A DNA stretch of 63,440 bases, filler included, from Guillardia theta CCMP2712 (Eukaryota; Protista; Cryptophyta): NCBI RefSeq assembly GCF_000315625.1. It is 6 parts of 6 records of this genome, joined end to end, with 100 filler letters (N's around TTAATTAATTAA, not from the genome) between each part and the next. Parts side by side here need not be neighbours in the genome. Positions count along the whole stretch, not along the records: positions 1 to 21,528 come from NW_005434506.1; positions 21,629 to 50,882 come from NW_005434475.1; 4 more parts are not named here. One strand, given 5' to 3'. A program made the position numbers and the translations under genes. The notes under the pieces are model-generated. The model was not told the DNA's origin and made no database searches. It saw nothing but the letters and a program-made list of their open reading frames with translations. This document shows, piece after piece, positions 11,859 through 24,536 of the stretch (position 1 is the first letter of the stretch; every line of letters starts with the position of its first letter).

Positions 11859-14562
11859 TGTTTGCGATATAGAACTGAGATCCTCAAAGTATCCTCAAAG
11901 TTTCACGAAGTTTTGCTGCTGGCAATGCGTCACGAGTCTGATACACGATGTAGCTCGACGTTTTCTAGCGGTTTCTGGTAACTGTAGCAAACAAGCAGTT
12001 GTCTGTCTCTGTTGTCACGTTCTCTTCTGGTGTTGCCCGTGCCACAACCTTGTCCTTCTGCTTTCTGAGATCCCGCCATGCTCCCGCCCCTCTCTTATAT
12101 ACCCTTCTGTTCCCCCACCCCACCCTCTTTACACCCCACCATTACCCTACCCTTCCTAGTCCATAACCTACCCCAACTTTGCTACTACCCTTGACCCCTT
12201 CACCCCACTCAAGGAATCCAAATTGTGGACTACCCACCTCGAACACCTGAAAATGTACCCTACCATACGAAAACTAGACCCCTTCAGGACCATCGACCAC
12301 CACCGGTTATACTCCGAACCTTCATTCTAGAACGATTGCTTTACAGTACCGGTGTTAGCTACTACCTCATACCCACCATTTTACAGACAGCCACTTACCC
12401 CGACCATGTACACTCTTTGACTACCCCTACCCCCAACTTTGGGAAAAAGAATCATACTACCGGGTCCTATTACGCTTTGATCATTTGCACCTACCCTCTT
12501 GGATTATCCACCCCTCGTAGAGTACCCCTCACCCTCAGAGGAAATGATTTACTAGTTGTTCATAACCCACCCCCCAAAGTCCATGTCACCATGGCACGAT
12601 CAGAGGGTGGTAGGGTGGACCACAGAAGGTACGAGAAGGCAACTCCTCAAAGTGGTCAAATTGGTGAGTTGATGATTGTGATAAGGGGGTACTTGTCATG
12701 GGGGGTAGATCATTGTGAGTCTGAGCACCGGGTAGTTGAAGGTCAAATCACCGGGTAGAGAAGAGAGGAAAGAGGGTGTTATTGGTTTTCGTGGGGTGGG
12801 TAAACGGGGATGCTGCATGGCCGGGGCATGGCCCCGTTTTTAAACAAGCAACGTTTCGTTACAAGGCTGAAATGGCGGCAAGCTCAAAAAGGTCATGTCA
12901 GAATACACCGGTACTTGAAGGTGAATTTTGGCTCTGAGATACAGGTGGGTCTGACTACCCCCGTGCCAAATGTGTGGAATTTCTGCAACAAAAAGCGCCA
13001 ACTTTCTTTGGAATATGCATTGCGTCCCCTCAATACCACCCTTCAAGTATTCTAGAATCCTGTGATAAAGCACCCCTCCTTTTTGACCCTACATGGGGGT
13101 CAACTCCGAAGGGGGTCATCTGGAGTGGTCAAAGGCTGGTCAAAAGGAAGGTGCAACTTGCCCACTACGATTAACTTGTGGTCAAACCGAGGGAACCCAC
13201 AACCGGTCAAACTGAAGTAGTAAAATAGTAGTCACCGAGTGGTCAAACCTTGCGACCCCAGCGGCGGGGGCGACTGCTCGTGTCCCCTGGGTTTTGACCG
13301 CAGCCAAAACTGGTGCAGGTCAAACTTGCGGTCAAACGCCAGCGCCCCCGGGGACCCGGTAGGGCCATGGCGGGGACATGGTCCGGCGTTTCAATTTGAA
13401 AACGAAATGCGGCTAGTCGCTTTCACAGGTCGAGTAAAATTTCAACTTGGGCGCGGCTTCGGCTTGCATCCTGCCAGTGTCGGTCACGGAGTCCGCCAGT
13501 GAGTGACGGCCCCGGCGGCCGGTAGCGGCCGCAGTGAGTCAGAGAGCCCGGCGCAATGATACGGTAGTTTGCCAGACCGTCTCCGAGGCTCAGTGTCATC
13601 AACTGGCAAGTTGTGCCCGGCCGGGCCGGGGGGCCGGGCCGCCGGGCCGGCCCAGCCTACTACCCGGCAGTCGGTTCCGAATGTCTAGCCGCAGTGAGGC
13701 CCCGTGGCTTACTAAATCACTGTTAGTACTGCGGCCCGGCCCCCGTACCGTGACCACCGTACCGTACCGCCGGTACTGTCCGAGTCGGCGACGTGAGTCA
13801 CGCCACTGTGACCGTACTATACCGGCGTAGGCCCCCCGCTAACTGAGCCCGGGCTAACCGAACGGAAGTTTGACTCGGCCGCGCACCGTGAGCGGTCGGC
13901 CGGGCCGGGGGGGCCGCGGGCCGGCCCGGCCGCAGTGCCGGACGGTGAACCCGTCCCGATCGGACTGACACGCCCGGCCGGGCCGCCGGAACCCGGGCCC
14001 CGGACTCCGACTCCTGGGCTCAGCCCCTGGCAGGCCCAGCGGCAGACCGGTCTTCAACCGGGCGACTCGGGGTGACTCGCACGGTACGGTACGGTCACCG
14101 AGCCCCTGGCAGAGACAGCCTGTGAGCCTCTGGCTCAGGGCTGCGCCGAAGTTCACTAGAACACAACTTGAGCACGACAGAGGCTACTCCGGACTCCGCT
14201 GTCCGGCGGCTAGGACATGCCATGATGAAACCTATTTCCCAAGTTCCCTACAGTGACACGTGCGGCGGGGCACTGGTGTGCCGCTGGACGGTGCGGTGTG
14301 ATGAACGAGTCTGTCATGATCAAGTTGACGGTCCGATCCGGTGTCACGTGTGTACAACACTCAGTCCGGAGTCCGGAGTGGCCCACATTCAATGATTGCC
14401 ACAGGAGGTATAGAATTTTGTAGCGACATGTCAATAACATAGAGGAGCAATGGTTTACAGTTGTGATGTTGTGAATGTATACAATTCCCAGATGAATCGT
14501 GCCTGTGAACCAAGAAAAGTTGTTGTAGTTTCTGCCAAGTTTCCTGCTGATATCATGTGCAG

Positions 14563-15582
14563 TTACAACCCGAGATCAGACTGGAACCCCCAAGAGTTAA
14601 AAGTTCGGTTCCTCTCCTGGTACTTGAAGCAGAGAGCGTTCATATGGTTCGGCGAGCACGCGTTTGCCTTGTCGCAAACCCACACCTCCTCCTTCCCAAT
14701 GATCATCTCCGCTCCCAGACCGCCGATAGAGAATGTCCCCTTTTCCTCCAAGATCGTATCCCAGGATACGTCGATGGTACACGCTGACTTTTCTGGGCAC
14801 AGCCAAGTCGCAGGGCAGGCGAACACTTGCTTGTGCAATGAAAACATGTCTAGCTCGCCAGCGCATCCCGCCCTTCCTCCCGGTTGACCGATGGGCCAGC
14901 TCAATCTTTCGGAGCAGTTCTGCGCACTATCATCGTATGGATTAAGATGTATGCCCGCAGTTGGAGAGAAACCAACACTGTATGTGGGATGATTGTAGAA
15001 GAAAGTTCCTGGCACGACCTCTGTCGCTGTCCAGGTGTTGATGTACGACATCAGCGCGCTTGTGGGGATCATTGCTGACAGGATGACTTGGTTGCCACGT
15101 GCGGTGTTTGCAGCTGCAAGCACAAGATTCGGCCAGTATGCGCACCTTGTCAAATCATCTTCTGTAACGGTGTCGGAATAAGGTTTGTCCATACAAAGAG
15201 AGCATGCGCTGTAAATGCTATTTGCCATGTTGAGCTTGATGCCCTGAACAGAGGAGGAGCAGAGATGATCTCGTTCGATGGATAGGCAGTCACTTGAGCA
15301 CCCGTCTCCATTCCTTGTGTTCCCGTCGTCACACAGCTCAGTTGGACTTAGGAAGCCATCTCCACAGACGTTCCTATCTCCAGCTGGAGATGCGGACGGC
15401 GCTGATGGTGAGGGTGTGGTTGATGGAAAGAGAGATTGTGCTGTAGTAGTTGCGAGAACAGATGAAGAGGAGGAGTATGCGTCATACTGCTGCAATCTGC
15501 AGGCCAACAGGTCAAGATCGAATGGAGGACTCGGGCAAGGTGCTAGCGAACCTGCGACCGCCGGGCTCATTCTGGGCATCAT
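14563..15582 (-). CDS. Cys-rich protein with Myxococcus cysteine-rich repeat (DUF4215-like), copy 1; probably has extra exons
   Basis: [32 protein letters not shown] matches the CGDG..E.CDDGN....DGCS..C..E repeat. Confidence 0.75.
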   Translation of the reverse strand: MMPRMSPAVAGSLAPCPSPPFDLDLLACRLQQYDAYSSSSSVLATTTAQSLFPSTTPSPSAPSASPAGDRNVCGDGFLSPTELCDDGNTRNGDGCSSDCLSIERDHLCSSSVQGIKLNMANSIYSACSLCMDKPYSDTVTEDDLTRCAYWPNLVLAAANTARGNQVILSAMIPTSALMSYINTWTATEVVPGTFFYNHPTYSVGFSPTAGIHLNPYDDSAQNCSERLSWPIGQPGGRAGCAGELDMFSLHKQVFACPATWLCPEKSACTIDVSWDTILEEKGTFSIGGLGAEMIIGKEEVWVCDKANACSPNHMNALCFKYQERNRTFNSWGFQSDLGL

Positions 15583-17612
15583 TTTTCTGGCATCAGGGGA
15601 ATGTCAGAGGAACAGCCCATGGACATCAACGTTTCTTACGCTGTTTGCTGTGCTAGAGCATAGGAGAGGGAGGAGGAGGAGGAGGAGGAGGAGCGCTTTG
15701 AAAGAGAACGATGCAGCATGCATTGTGAAAGTCTCTACTCGAGTCTTCCAGACCCACCCTTCTAGACTCTACCCCCTGCAAACCTGACCCCACCCTTGCT
15801 GTGGTGACTGACTGTGTCCCTTCATGCATACCCCACCCATCATTATGTAGTATGAAATACCGGTGATGAGTACAAATAAGCCACCCCACCGATTCACCGA
15901 TTCACAACATCTCATCTATAACCCACCCCCTCGCCATCACTCACTTTTTTACCAGCCCAGCTGCTAACTTACAAAAAAAAGCATTGAGCTCATAAGGGCG
16001 CTAACTTAAAAAGGGTTATACTTCACGAAAAAAAAAGAGGCGCATTTTATTACTGTTGTAGGACGTATTTACTGGTACAAAAGGACTGTACCGGATATCC
16101 AGAGATTCCACTCAAGTTCCACGACAATCATGGTACACATGCCTGGTACAAATTTGTACCAGGTCTTTCACACTTAGCCATTTCGGCGTTGCTTTCATGG
16201 CGGATCGTTGCGGTTGCGCATTCGCCTTGGTCAGGTACTTGTGGGCGTCGGAACACCTCCTCACCCATCACATGACCCCTGAATCCAGGCTCCCGATCTT
16301 CCCTCCAAGTATCAAGACGACAGCTCAAATTCAAGGTTGACTTGCCTTTGAAGTCCGATAGTGCTCAAGTCGCACATGCTGGCTTTGCTCATGGTTTGAC
16401 TGTCCCGTCTCGGACTTGCACTGAACCGTCACAGCCTTGCACTCCAGTGTGCAGACAATTCACTGATGGTGGTGGGAACGTTGTCATCACGTTGTCATCA
16501 CTCATCAATATGCAGCATCTAGATGTGGTCAATGCCAAAGAAGTAACATCTCTCCAATCATGATAAACCCCTGAGCTTCAAACTCCATTTCACCCCTCAT
16601 TCGCCCCCATGATCATGAATCTGTACCTCATTTGCCCCCATGATCATGAACCTGTAACACCTGACGATATGCATTACTGTGGAATATGGTTGACACGCAA
16701 CGTTCCTTTTGGAACATAACTGACCCTGAATCCAGCTTGGCATCAGTGCATGAAAATCCATAATGCCGTACATGACAATATGCACTCCACAGATCATGTT
16801 TAGCTTGTCATCAAGACAGTGATTCATGCGAATGTCTCCTCCATCACCATCCATCACCAACATGCCAGATGGCAGCTGATGCCACGGCATCTCACAACCT
16901 CAACTCCAACAAAGCATACTCCGGCATCCCTTCCCTGTCACATTATCCACCATCCCCTTGATTTGCAGTGCAGTATGATACCTGATCAACTGCATTGTCT
17001 GTTGCTCTCATTGTCATCATCATCCCAAAAAGTACCCTTGAGTATATCACAACCTACCATCGCTTTGGCATCGTAGCGAGACTCATTCTTTCCAACATTC
17101 CATTTCCACATGAGGGCTTAACACAGATGTATCAACTCAACAATGATTTCATTCAGGAACGAACTGTAAATTCTCTACACTACGTGCTCTGGAGAATGTC
17201 TGCATACGTCCTTTGTCCACTCTCACTATTTCTATTCGCCTCTACCTGATGTGGCAGGGGTCCACAATTGTAACTGTGGTCTCGANNNNNNNNNNNNNNN
17301 NNNNNNNNNNNNNNNNNNNNNNNNNNNNNNNNNNNNNNNNNNNNNNNNNNNNNNNNNNNNNNNNNNNNNNNNNNNNNNNNNNNNNATCCGGTGTCACGTG
17401 TGTACAACACTCAGTCCGGAGTCCGGAGTGGCCCACATTCAATGATTGCCACAGGAGGTATAGAATTTTGTAGCGACATGTCAATAACATAGAGGAGCAA
17501 TGGTTTACAGTTGTGATGTTGTGAATGTATACAATTCCCAGATGAATCGTGCCTGTGAACCAAGAAAAGTTGTTGTAGTTTCTGCCAAGTTTCCTGCTGA
17601 TATCATGTGCAG

Positions 17613-18632
17613 TTACAACCCGAGATCAGACTGGAACCCCCAAGAGTTAAAAGTTCGGTTCCTCTCCTGGTACTTGAAGCAGAGAGCGTTCATATGGTTC
17701 GGCGAGCACGCGTTTGCCTTGTCGCAAACCCACACCTCCTCCTTCCCAATGATCATCTCCGCTCCCAGACCGCCGATAGAGAATGTCCCCTTTTCCTCCA
17801 AGATCGTATCCCAGGATACGTCGATGGTACACGCTGACTTTTCTGGGCACAGCCAAGTCGCAGGGCAGGCGAACACTTGCTTGTGCAATGAAAACATGTC
17901 TAGCTCGCCAGCGCATCCCGCCCTTCCTCCCGGTTGACCGATGGGCCAGCTCAATCTTTCGGAGCAGTTCTGCGCACTATCATCGTATGGATTAAGATGT
18001 ATGCCCGCAGTTGGAGAGAAACCAACACTGTATGTGGGATGATTGTAGAAGAAAGTTCCTGGCACGACCTCTGTCGCTGTCCAGGTGTTGATGTACGACA
18101 TCAGCGCGCTTGTGGGGATCATTGCTGACAGGATGACTTGGTTGCCACGTGCGGTGTTTGCAGCTGCAAGCACAAGATTCGGCCAGTATGCGCACCTTGT
18201 CAAATCATCTTCTGTAACGGTGTCGGAATAAGGTTTGTCCATACAAAGAGAGCATGCGCTGTAAATGCTATTTGCCATGTTGAGCTTGATGCCCTGAACA
18301 GAGGAGGAGCAGAGATGATCTCGTTCGATGGATAGGCAGTCACTTGAGCACCCGTCTCCATTCCTTGTGTTCCCGTCGTCACACAGCTCAGTTGGACTTA
18401 GGAAGCCATCTCCACAGACGTTCCTATCTCCAGCTGGAGATGCGGACGGCGCTGATGGTGAGGGTGTGGTTGATGGAAAGAGAGATTGTGCTGTAGTAGT
18501 TGCGAGAACAGATGAAGAGGAGGAGTATGCGTCATACTGCTGCAATCTGCAGGCCAACAGGTCAAGATCGAATGGAGGACTCGGGCAAGGTGCTAGCGAA
18601 CCTGCGACCGCCGGGCTCATTCTGGGCATCAT
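17613..18632 (-). CDS. Cys-rich DUF4215-like protein, copy 2 (possibly an assembly duplicate)
   Basis: Identical translation to 14563-15582. Confidence 0.65.
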   Translation of the reverse strand: MMPRMSPAVAGSLAPCPSPPFDLDLLACRLQQYDAYSSSSSVLATTTAQSLFPSTTPSPSAPSASPAGDRNVCGDGFLSPTELCDDGNTRNGDGCSSDCLSIERDHLCSSSVQGIKLNMANSIYSACSLCMDKPYSDTVTEDDLTRCAYWPNLVLAAANTARGNQVILSAMIPTSALMSYINTWTATEVVPGTFFYNHPTYSVGFSPTAGIHLNPYDDSAQNCSERLSWPIGQPGGRAGCAGELDMFSLHKQVFACPATWLCPEKSACTIDVSWDTILEEKGTFSIGGLGAEMIIGKEEVWVCDKANACSPNHMNALCFKYQERNRTFNSWGFQSDLGL

Positions 18633-20229
18633 TTTTCTGGCATCAGGGGAATGTCAGAGGAACAGCCCATGGACATCAACGTTTCTTACGCTGTTTGCTG
18701 TGCTAGAGCATAGGAGAGGGAGGAGGAGGAGGAGGAGGAGGAGCGCTTTGAAAGAGAACGATGCAGCATGCATTGTGAAAGTCTCTACTCGAGTCTTCCA
18801 GACCCACCCTTCTAGACTCTACCCCCTGCAAACCTGACCCCACCCTTGCTGTGGTGACTGACTGTGTCCCTTCATGCATACCCCACCCATCATTATGTAG
18901 TATGAAATACCGGTGATGAGTACAAATAAGCCACCCCACCGATTCACCGATTCACAACATCTCATCTATAACCCACCCCCTCGCCATCACTCACTTTTTT
19001 ACCAGCCCAGCTGCTAACTTACAAAAAAAAGCATTGAGCTCATAAGGGCGCTAACTTAAAAAGGGTTATACTTCACGAAAAAAAAAGAGGCGCATTTTAT
19101 TACTGTTGTAGGACGTATTTACTGGTACAAAAGGACTGTACCGGATATCCAGAGATTCCACTCAAGTTCCACGACAATCATGGTACACATGCCTGGTACA
19201 AATTTGTACCAGGTCTTTCACACTTAGCCATTTCGGCGTTGCTTTCATGGCGGATCGTTGCGGTTGCGCATTCGCCTTGGTCAGGTACTTGTGGGCGTCG
19301 GAACACCTCCTCACCCATCACATGACCCCTGAATCCAGGCTCCCGATCTTCCCTCCAAGTATCAAGACGACAGCTCAAATTCAAGGTTGACTTGCCTTTG
19401 AAGTCCGATAGTGCTCAAGTCGCACATGCTGGCTTTGCTCATGGTTTGACTGTCCCGTCTCGGACTTGCACTGAACCGTCACAGCCTTGCACTCCAGTGT
19501 GCAGACAATTCACTGATGGTGGTGGGAACGTTGTCATCACGTTGTCATCACTCATCAATATGCAGCATCTAGATGTGGTCAATGCCAAAGAAGTAACATC
19601 TCTCCAATCATGATAAACCCCTGAGCTTCAAACTCCATTTCACCCCTCATTCGCCCCCATGATCATGAATCTGTACCTCATTTGCCCCCATGATCATGAA
19701 CCTGTAACACCTGACGATATGCATTACTGTGGAATATGGTTGACACGCAACGTTCCTTTTGGAACATAACTGACCCTGAATCCAGCTTGGCATCAGTGCA
19801 TGAAAATCCATAATGCCGTACATGACAATATGCACTCCACAGATCATGTTTAGCTTGTCATCAAGACAGTGATTCATGCGAATGTCTCCTCCATCACCAT
19901 CCATCACCAACATGCCAGATGGCAGCTGATGCCACGGCATCTCACAACCTCAACTCCAACAAAGCATACTCCGGCATCCCTTCCCTGTCACATTATCCAC
20001 CATCCCCTTGATTTGCAGTGCAGTATGATACCTGATCAACTGCATTGTCTGTTGCTCTCATTGTCATCATCATCCCAAAAAGTACCCTTGAGTATATCAC
20101 AACCTACCATCGCTTTGGCATCGTAGCGAGACTCATTCTTTCCAACATTCCATTTCCACATGAGGGCTTAACACAGATGTATCAACTCAACAATGATTTC
20201 ATTCAGGAACGAACTGTAAATTCTCTACA

Positions 20230-21528
20230 CTACGTGCTCTGGAGAATGTCTGCATACGTCCTTTGTCCACTCTCACTATTTCTATTCGCCTCTACCTGAT
20301 GGTCTTCAACTGCCAGTGACATCTCAATACGAACCTGCTGGCGATATTCCACCAAGTGCTTGTAGTATGTGATGTATGAGTATTGCGAGTACCTCTTTCT
20401 CTGTGCCATCGCCGTCCATGCATCATCTCCGTACGCCCTTTCCACTAGCGTACGGAAACCTGTTCTGTAACACTGACAGAAGTTGTGAGGCATAATCCCC
20501 TCATTTCCTTGCAGTACTCCTTGCTCTCGGCATATATTTTCCACCATGGTCATCACAAGATATGCTTTGTATACATTCTTCCTCGTGTTCTCATCCTTCA
20601 CGTCTGCGGAGAAAGGAACCTGACTGAGGTGCTTTAAGGGCCGAATCCTCCTCACTTGTCCTTCCACGATGACATCTTGCCCCAAATTCCACCACATGAA
20701 CATATTTCGAACTCTGCACCGCAAAGGAAATCGCCAAGCCAACGGGACCATGTGTCTGCCAGGCCCCCATCCTTCCCATTCGAAGTCATCCCCTCCAACT
20801 TGTATCTCACCGTTGCCATCATCCCCCAGTCCTGGTGATGAAACCAGCACCGCATTCCTCTCCGGTGTCCCCTCCCTGCTCACTTCTGCACCTTCCTCCG
20901 ATTCACTCTCATTCAATCTTCCATTCGAGTCAGCATCTGCCATCACGTTGCTCACCCCATGTGCCATCATGACATGGCCTGCTCCACCCAGTACCATCTG
21001 TCGCATAGCTTCACCCACGGCGGCCTGCACCTGCTCCCCTATATTGCCCATCTGCTGCACCTGTTGTCCTATATTGGCAACCTGTTGCATGACGATGCGG
21101 AAAGCATCTGTGAAGTCCATGCTTCCAGATGTAACCTGCCCTCCACTGGGACCTCGTACATCCCTCATCCATCCAGCAACAAAACCTAAATTCGTTCGCA
21201 GTTCGTCCCTGATCACAGTTTTGAAATCGTCAAACTTGTGGTCCAGTTCTTTCATCTTCTCCTCGATTACCTTCATCTTCTCATCCATCTTCCCCTCCAT
21301 TACCTTCATCTTCTCATCCATCTTCCCCTCCATTACCTTCATCTTCTCATCCATCTTCTCCTCGATTACCTTCATCTCCTCCTTGATGGCATCTCGCACT
21401 TCAACCCTCATCTCTTTCATGCCTTTCAATATTTCTGTCTTGGTTGGAGTACCACTAGCTGACATGCCGCAATCGGTACACCTGTGCGAAGACACGATGG
21501 ATATGCTCTCGCAAGGACATCAGCCTTG
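20230..21528 (-). CDS. Crypton-like protein C-terminal half: ATGIP-like motif, coiled coil, GCR1_C-like domain; apparent frameshift near 21500
   Basis: CGMSASGTP motif, then FEWEGWGPGRHMVPLAWRFP..MFMWWNLG...IRPLKHL...D....RKNVYKAYLVM; intronless. Confidence 0.7.
21250..21375 (-). repeat. 33-bp (11-aa) coding tandem repeat EGKMDEKMKVM
   Basis: Visible in DNA and translation. Confidence 0.9.
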
Positions 21529-22019
21529 NNNNNNNNNNNNNNNNNNNNNNNNNNNNNNNNNNNNNNNNNNNNTTAATTAATTAANNNNNNNNNNNNNNNN
21601 NNNNNNNNNNNNNNNNNNNNNNNNNNNNTCCTCCTCCTCCTCCTCCTGTTCAGCGCCGACTGTTTATCCCCCCCCATCTTTTACTCCTACCACGATGAAT
21701 GTTCGATCTCCTTAAATCTCTAGCTCGAGCCCTTTGCTAGGCGTTCATTCCCACCGCCAGCCCTTCAGTCCAGGTCTCCCTCCCTCCCTCCACCCTCCCT
21801 CCCTCCACCCTGGAGCGAGAATGTCATCCCACAAGGAAACTCGACAAGAGAGTTGACACGGCAGGGAGAGCAAGAGGACGATTCGGAAGAGATGAAGCAA
21901 GAGTAGAGGATAGAGGTGAACAACGAGAAGGAGGGAGGAAGAGGAGGGAAGGGTAAGAGGGAAGTAGAGGTAGGAACGAGAGGTGGAAGGGAGAGGTGGA
22001 GGATAAAGGCTGATCTTAC

Positions 22020-22299
22020 AGCTCATCAACTATCTTTCCCATCGACGTCTCCAGCACGACGAAAGGAGCCTCTTGCTCGGTCACGATGATGCTACAGCAA
22101 AGTGAGATGTCTCCTCCTCCTCCCCTCCTGCTCCTTCTCCCCTGCTCCTCCTCCCCTCCCTTCCCCTCCCTCCTTCTCCTCCTCTCGCCCCTCCCCCTTC
22201 CCCCGCTCCATCCTCCCCCTTCTCTCCTCCTCACGTGCTGCTGCCGGAGACCAGAGCTCCGGTATGATGAGCCTCCGCCAACGCAAGGGCTTGTTCCAT
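22020..22299 (-). CDS. Cyclophilin (PPIL1-like) N-terminal exons; remainder lost at the gap
   Basis: Exon EQEAPFVVLETSMGKIVDEL followed by a GTAAG donor matches the cyclophilin start V.LETSMG.I..EL. Confidence 0.65.
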
Positions 22300-23745
22300 G
22301 TTGACCTGCACGGAGGCTGAGGAGACAGCAGGGAGAGTGAAGCAAAGAGGAGGATAGAATGAGCGCGAGTGTATCCCTTGTACCATCGCCTCTTCTCTTC
22401 ATCAAATGTCTTCTAGCTGCTCTCCTGCTCTTCTCGACCTCTCTCTCTCTCATCCTTTCCTGATCAGCCACTCTCGTTGGATTTTCCCCTTTCTCCTCAG
22501 GGGAAGCAACCCAGCATGTCTATGTTTCTCGTCGTCGCAATATCTGAGAACAAATTCTTCCATGTCCATCCTTCCTCATACGTAGGAATCACAGGTGTCA
22601 TGGCAATACAGATTACTTGGTTTTTTGGCCAGGATTATCGATACGCAAATGCAAAAAAGCTTATCTTGCTTGACTCGTTCTTGATTCACTGGCTCTATCG
22701 ATATGAAATGATCCAAATCTTCAAATCACCTATTATCCATTTCCTGCCCTTCCTTTCCCTCCTCTCCCTTTCAAACTACCCTCCTGGCACCCGATCCCGG
22801 TTCCTGTCCCTGTCCTCTCTCTCTCTTTCTCCCTCACTCCCTCTCCCTCCTCCTCCCATCCCTCCTCGTCCAGTCTCCCTGCATGCTGCCCCTCGTGGCA
22901 TTGACCCCTCATCCCCGCACAATATTTATTCATCTCCCTCGTACACATTGTGCCCACATCCCCTCTCAGTCCTAGGGCTTAGTACACCTGTTGGAGTACA
23001 CCACCTGTACTTTTAGTGACTCCTTGCAGGGTACTCCGGGTCCTATTTAGAGCATATGAAGTCCTAGAGTATTGGTACATATGAAGGTCATAGGAGCAAT
23101 AGTAAGGCAAGAGTTCTTCGGGGCAAACAGGCTTGTATATACTAATATGTTGACTAGTACCCCCAATTTACAGGTCTTAAGGAGGGGTATCAGAGCAAAA
23201 GTCAAAAACAAAATTGTTTCCGACGTTGGAAGTACTCCACCGTCGTTGAAGCCTTCGGGGTGCATGTGAAATGGTGGGTGGTGATAGAGAGTTTGCTTGG
23301 GAAAAGAAGGGGTAGTATGAAGGAGAGAAGATCCGGGGACCGGGTTGGCTGGTCCTCAGAAGGGTAGGGGTACTCTTTTTTTTGAGTTCTTGCAAGATGT
23401 AGAGCGAGGACGGGGAGTGACCGAAGATGTACATGAGGGGAAGCCGGCGAAGAGGGAGAGGGAGAGGGAGAGGGAGAGGGAGAGGGAGAGGGAGAGGGAG
23501 AGGGAGAGGGAGAGGGAGAGGGAGAGGGAGAGGGAGAGGGAGAGGGAGGAGGGAGGAGGGAGGAGGGAGGAGGGGAGGAGGGAGAGGGAGGAGGGAGAGG
23601 GAGGAGGGAGAGGGAGGAGGGAGGAGGGAGGAGGGAGGAGGGGANNNNNNNNNNNNNNNNNNNNNNNNNNNNNNNNNNNNNNNNNNNNNNNNNNNNNNNN
23701 NNNNNNNNNNNNNNNNNNNNNNNNNNNNNNNNNNNNNNNNNNNNT

Positions 23746-23873
23746 GATGGGAGGGAACGGCGAGCAGGTCAGGGCCGACATGCTCTACCAACGTGCGGAT
23801 CATGGGATCTCCATGCTGCCGCTGTCGTGCCGGGTTGCGATCCGAGCTGCTCGTCTGATATACTCTGAGATCG
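23746..23873 (+). CDS. crtB: Phytoene synthase (CrtB/PSY) C-terminal exon fragment
   Basis: RADMLYQRADHGISMLPLSCRVAIRAARLIYSEIG then a GT donor; the rest of the gene is not recoverable. Confidence 0.75.
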
Positions 23874-24536
23874 GTAACATGCATGTATCCTCCTTCCACT
23901 CCTTGTACTTCTGTTTCTGCTGTCCTGCCAATCCTTCTGTCGCCTAGCTTGCCTCTCTGTCCTTTCCCACCACCTCGCTCCCCTCTAGCATCGATCATCG
24001 ATGCCTGCCTGCCTCCTTCTCCCTCCACACCTGCTTGCCTGACCATCTGCTCCTTACCAAAGGTACAAAGCTCAAGAAGAATTCGTTCGATAGCAATCAA
24101 AAAGGAAGAGGGAGAGGGAGAGGGAGAGGGAGAGGGAGAAGGGAGGAGCAGAGAGAGGAACCGTAGGGGATGGAGGTTCAGAAAGTAGGAAGAGGGTTGG
24201 TCGAGGGAGAAGAGAGACATAACGAACGGCAGGAGGGAAAGAGAGGGAAAAGTGGGAAGAGGTAGGGGAGGATAGCATGTGTGAGACGAGGTAGAGAGGG
24301 AAACAGGGAAAGGCAGGGGAGTGGTGCGATGAAAACAGATAGGAAGACCACAGGAGATTATGTGCGCAAATAAAAAGCAAAGAATGCAATTAGCGTATAA
24401 AGGTAGAGGGGGAAGCCTGCTCATGATATGATGGAGATGTTATTCTCTTGTGATTCCTGGATTCATTTGTGGGTCAAGCGGGAGGAAGGGGAGGATGGAG
24501 TAGCACACCTAATCTCCTGCTGCAGGTCACTAGAAC

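Larger units (their letters stand above)
14336..20301. repeat. Apparently identical 2.9-kb duplication (14336-17251 = 17386-20301) separated by a ~100-N gap
   Basis: All ORFs repeat at an offset of 3050. The copies diverge after tctacctgatg. Confidence 0.95.
18990..21528 (-). mobile_element. Crypton-type tyrosine-recombinase transposon remnant (3' half and putative end)
   Basis: GCR1_C-like ORF, a non-coding tail and palindromic TGGTACA sites. The YR domain is not visible because the sequence ends at the gap; the boundary is approximate. Confidence 0.6.

Noticed and set aside
14151-14220. Helitron 3' end (CTAG) on the minus strand
   Set aside because: No convincing hairpin at the expected distance and no Rep/helicase sequence.
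21573-21584. TTAATTAATTAA as piggyBac TTAA target or biological motif
   Set aside because: Always centred in N runs; an assembly linker.
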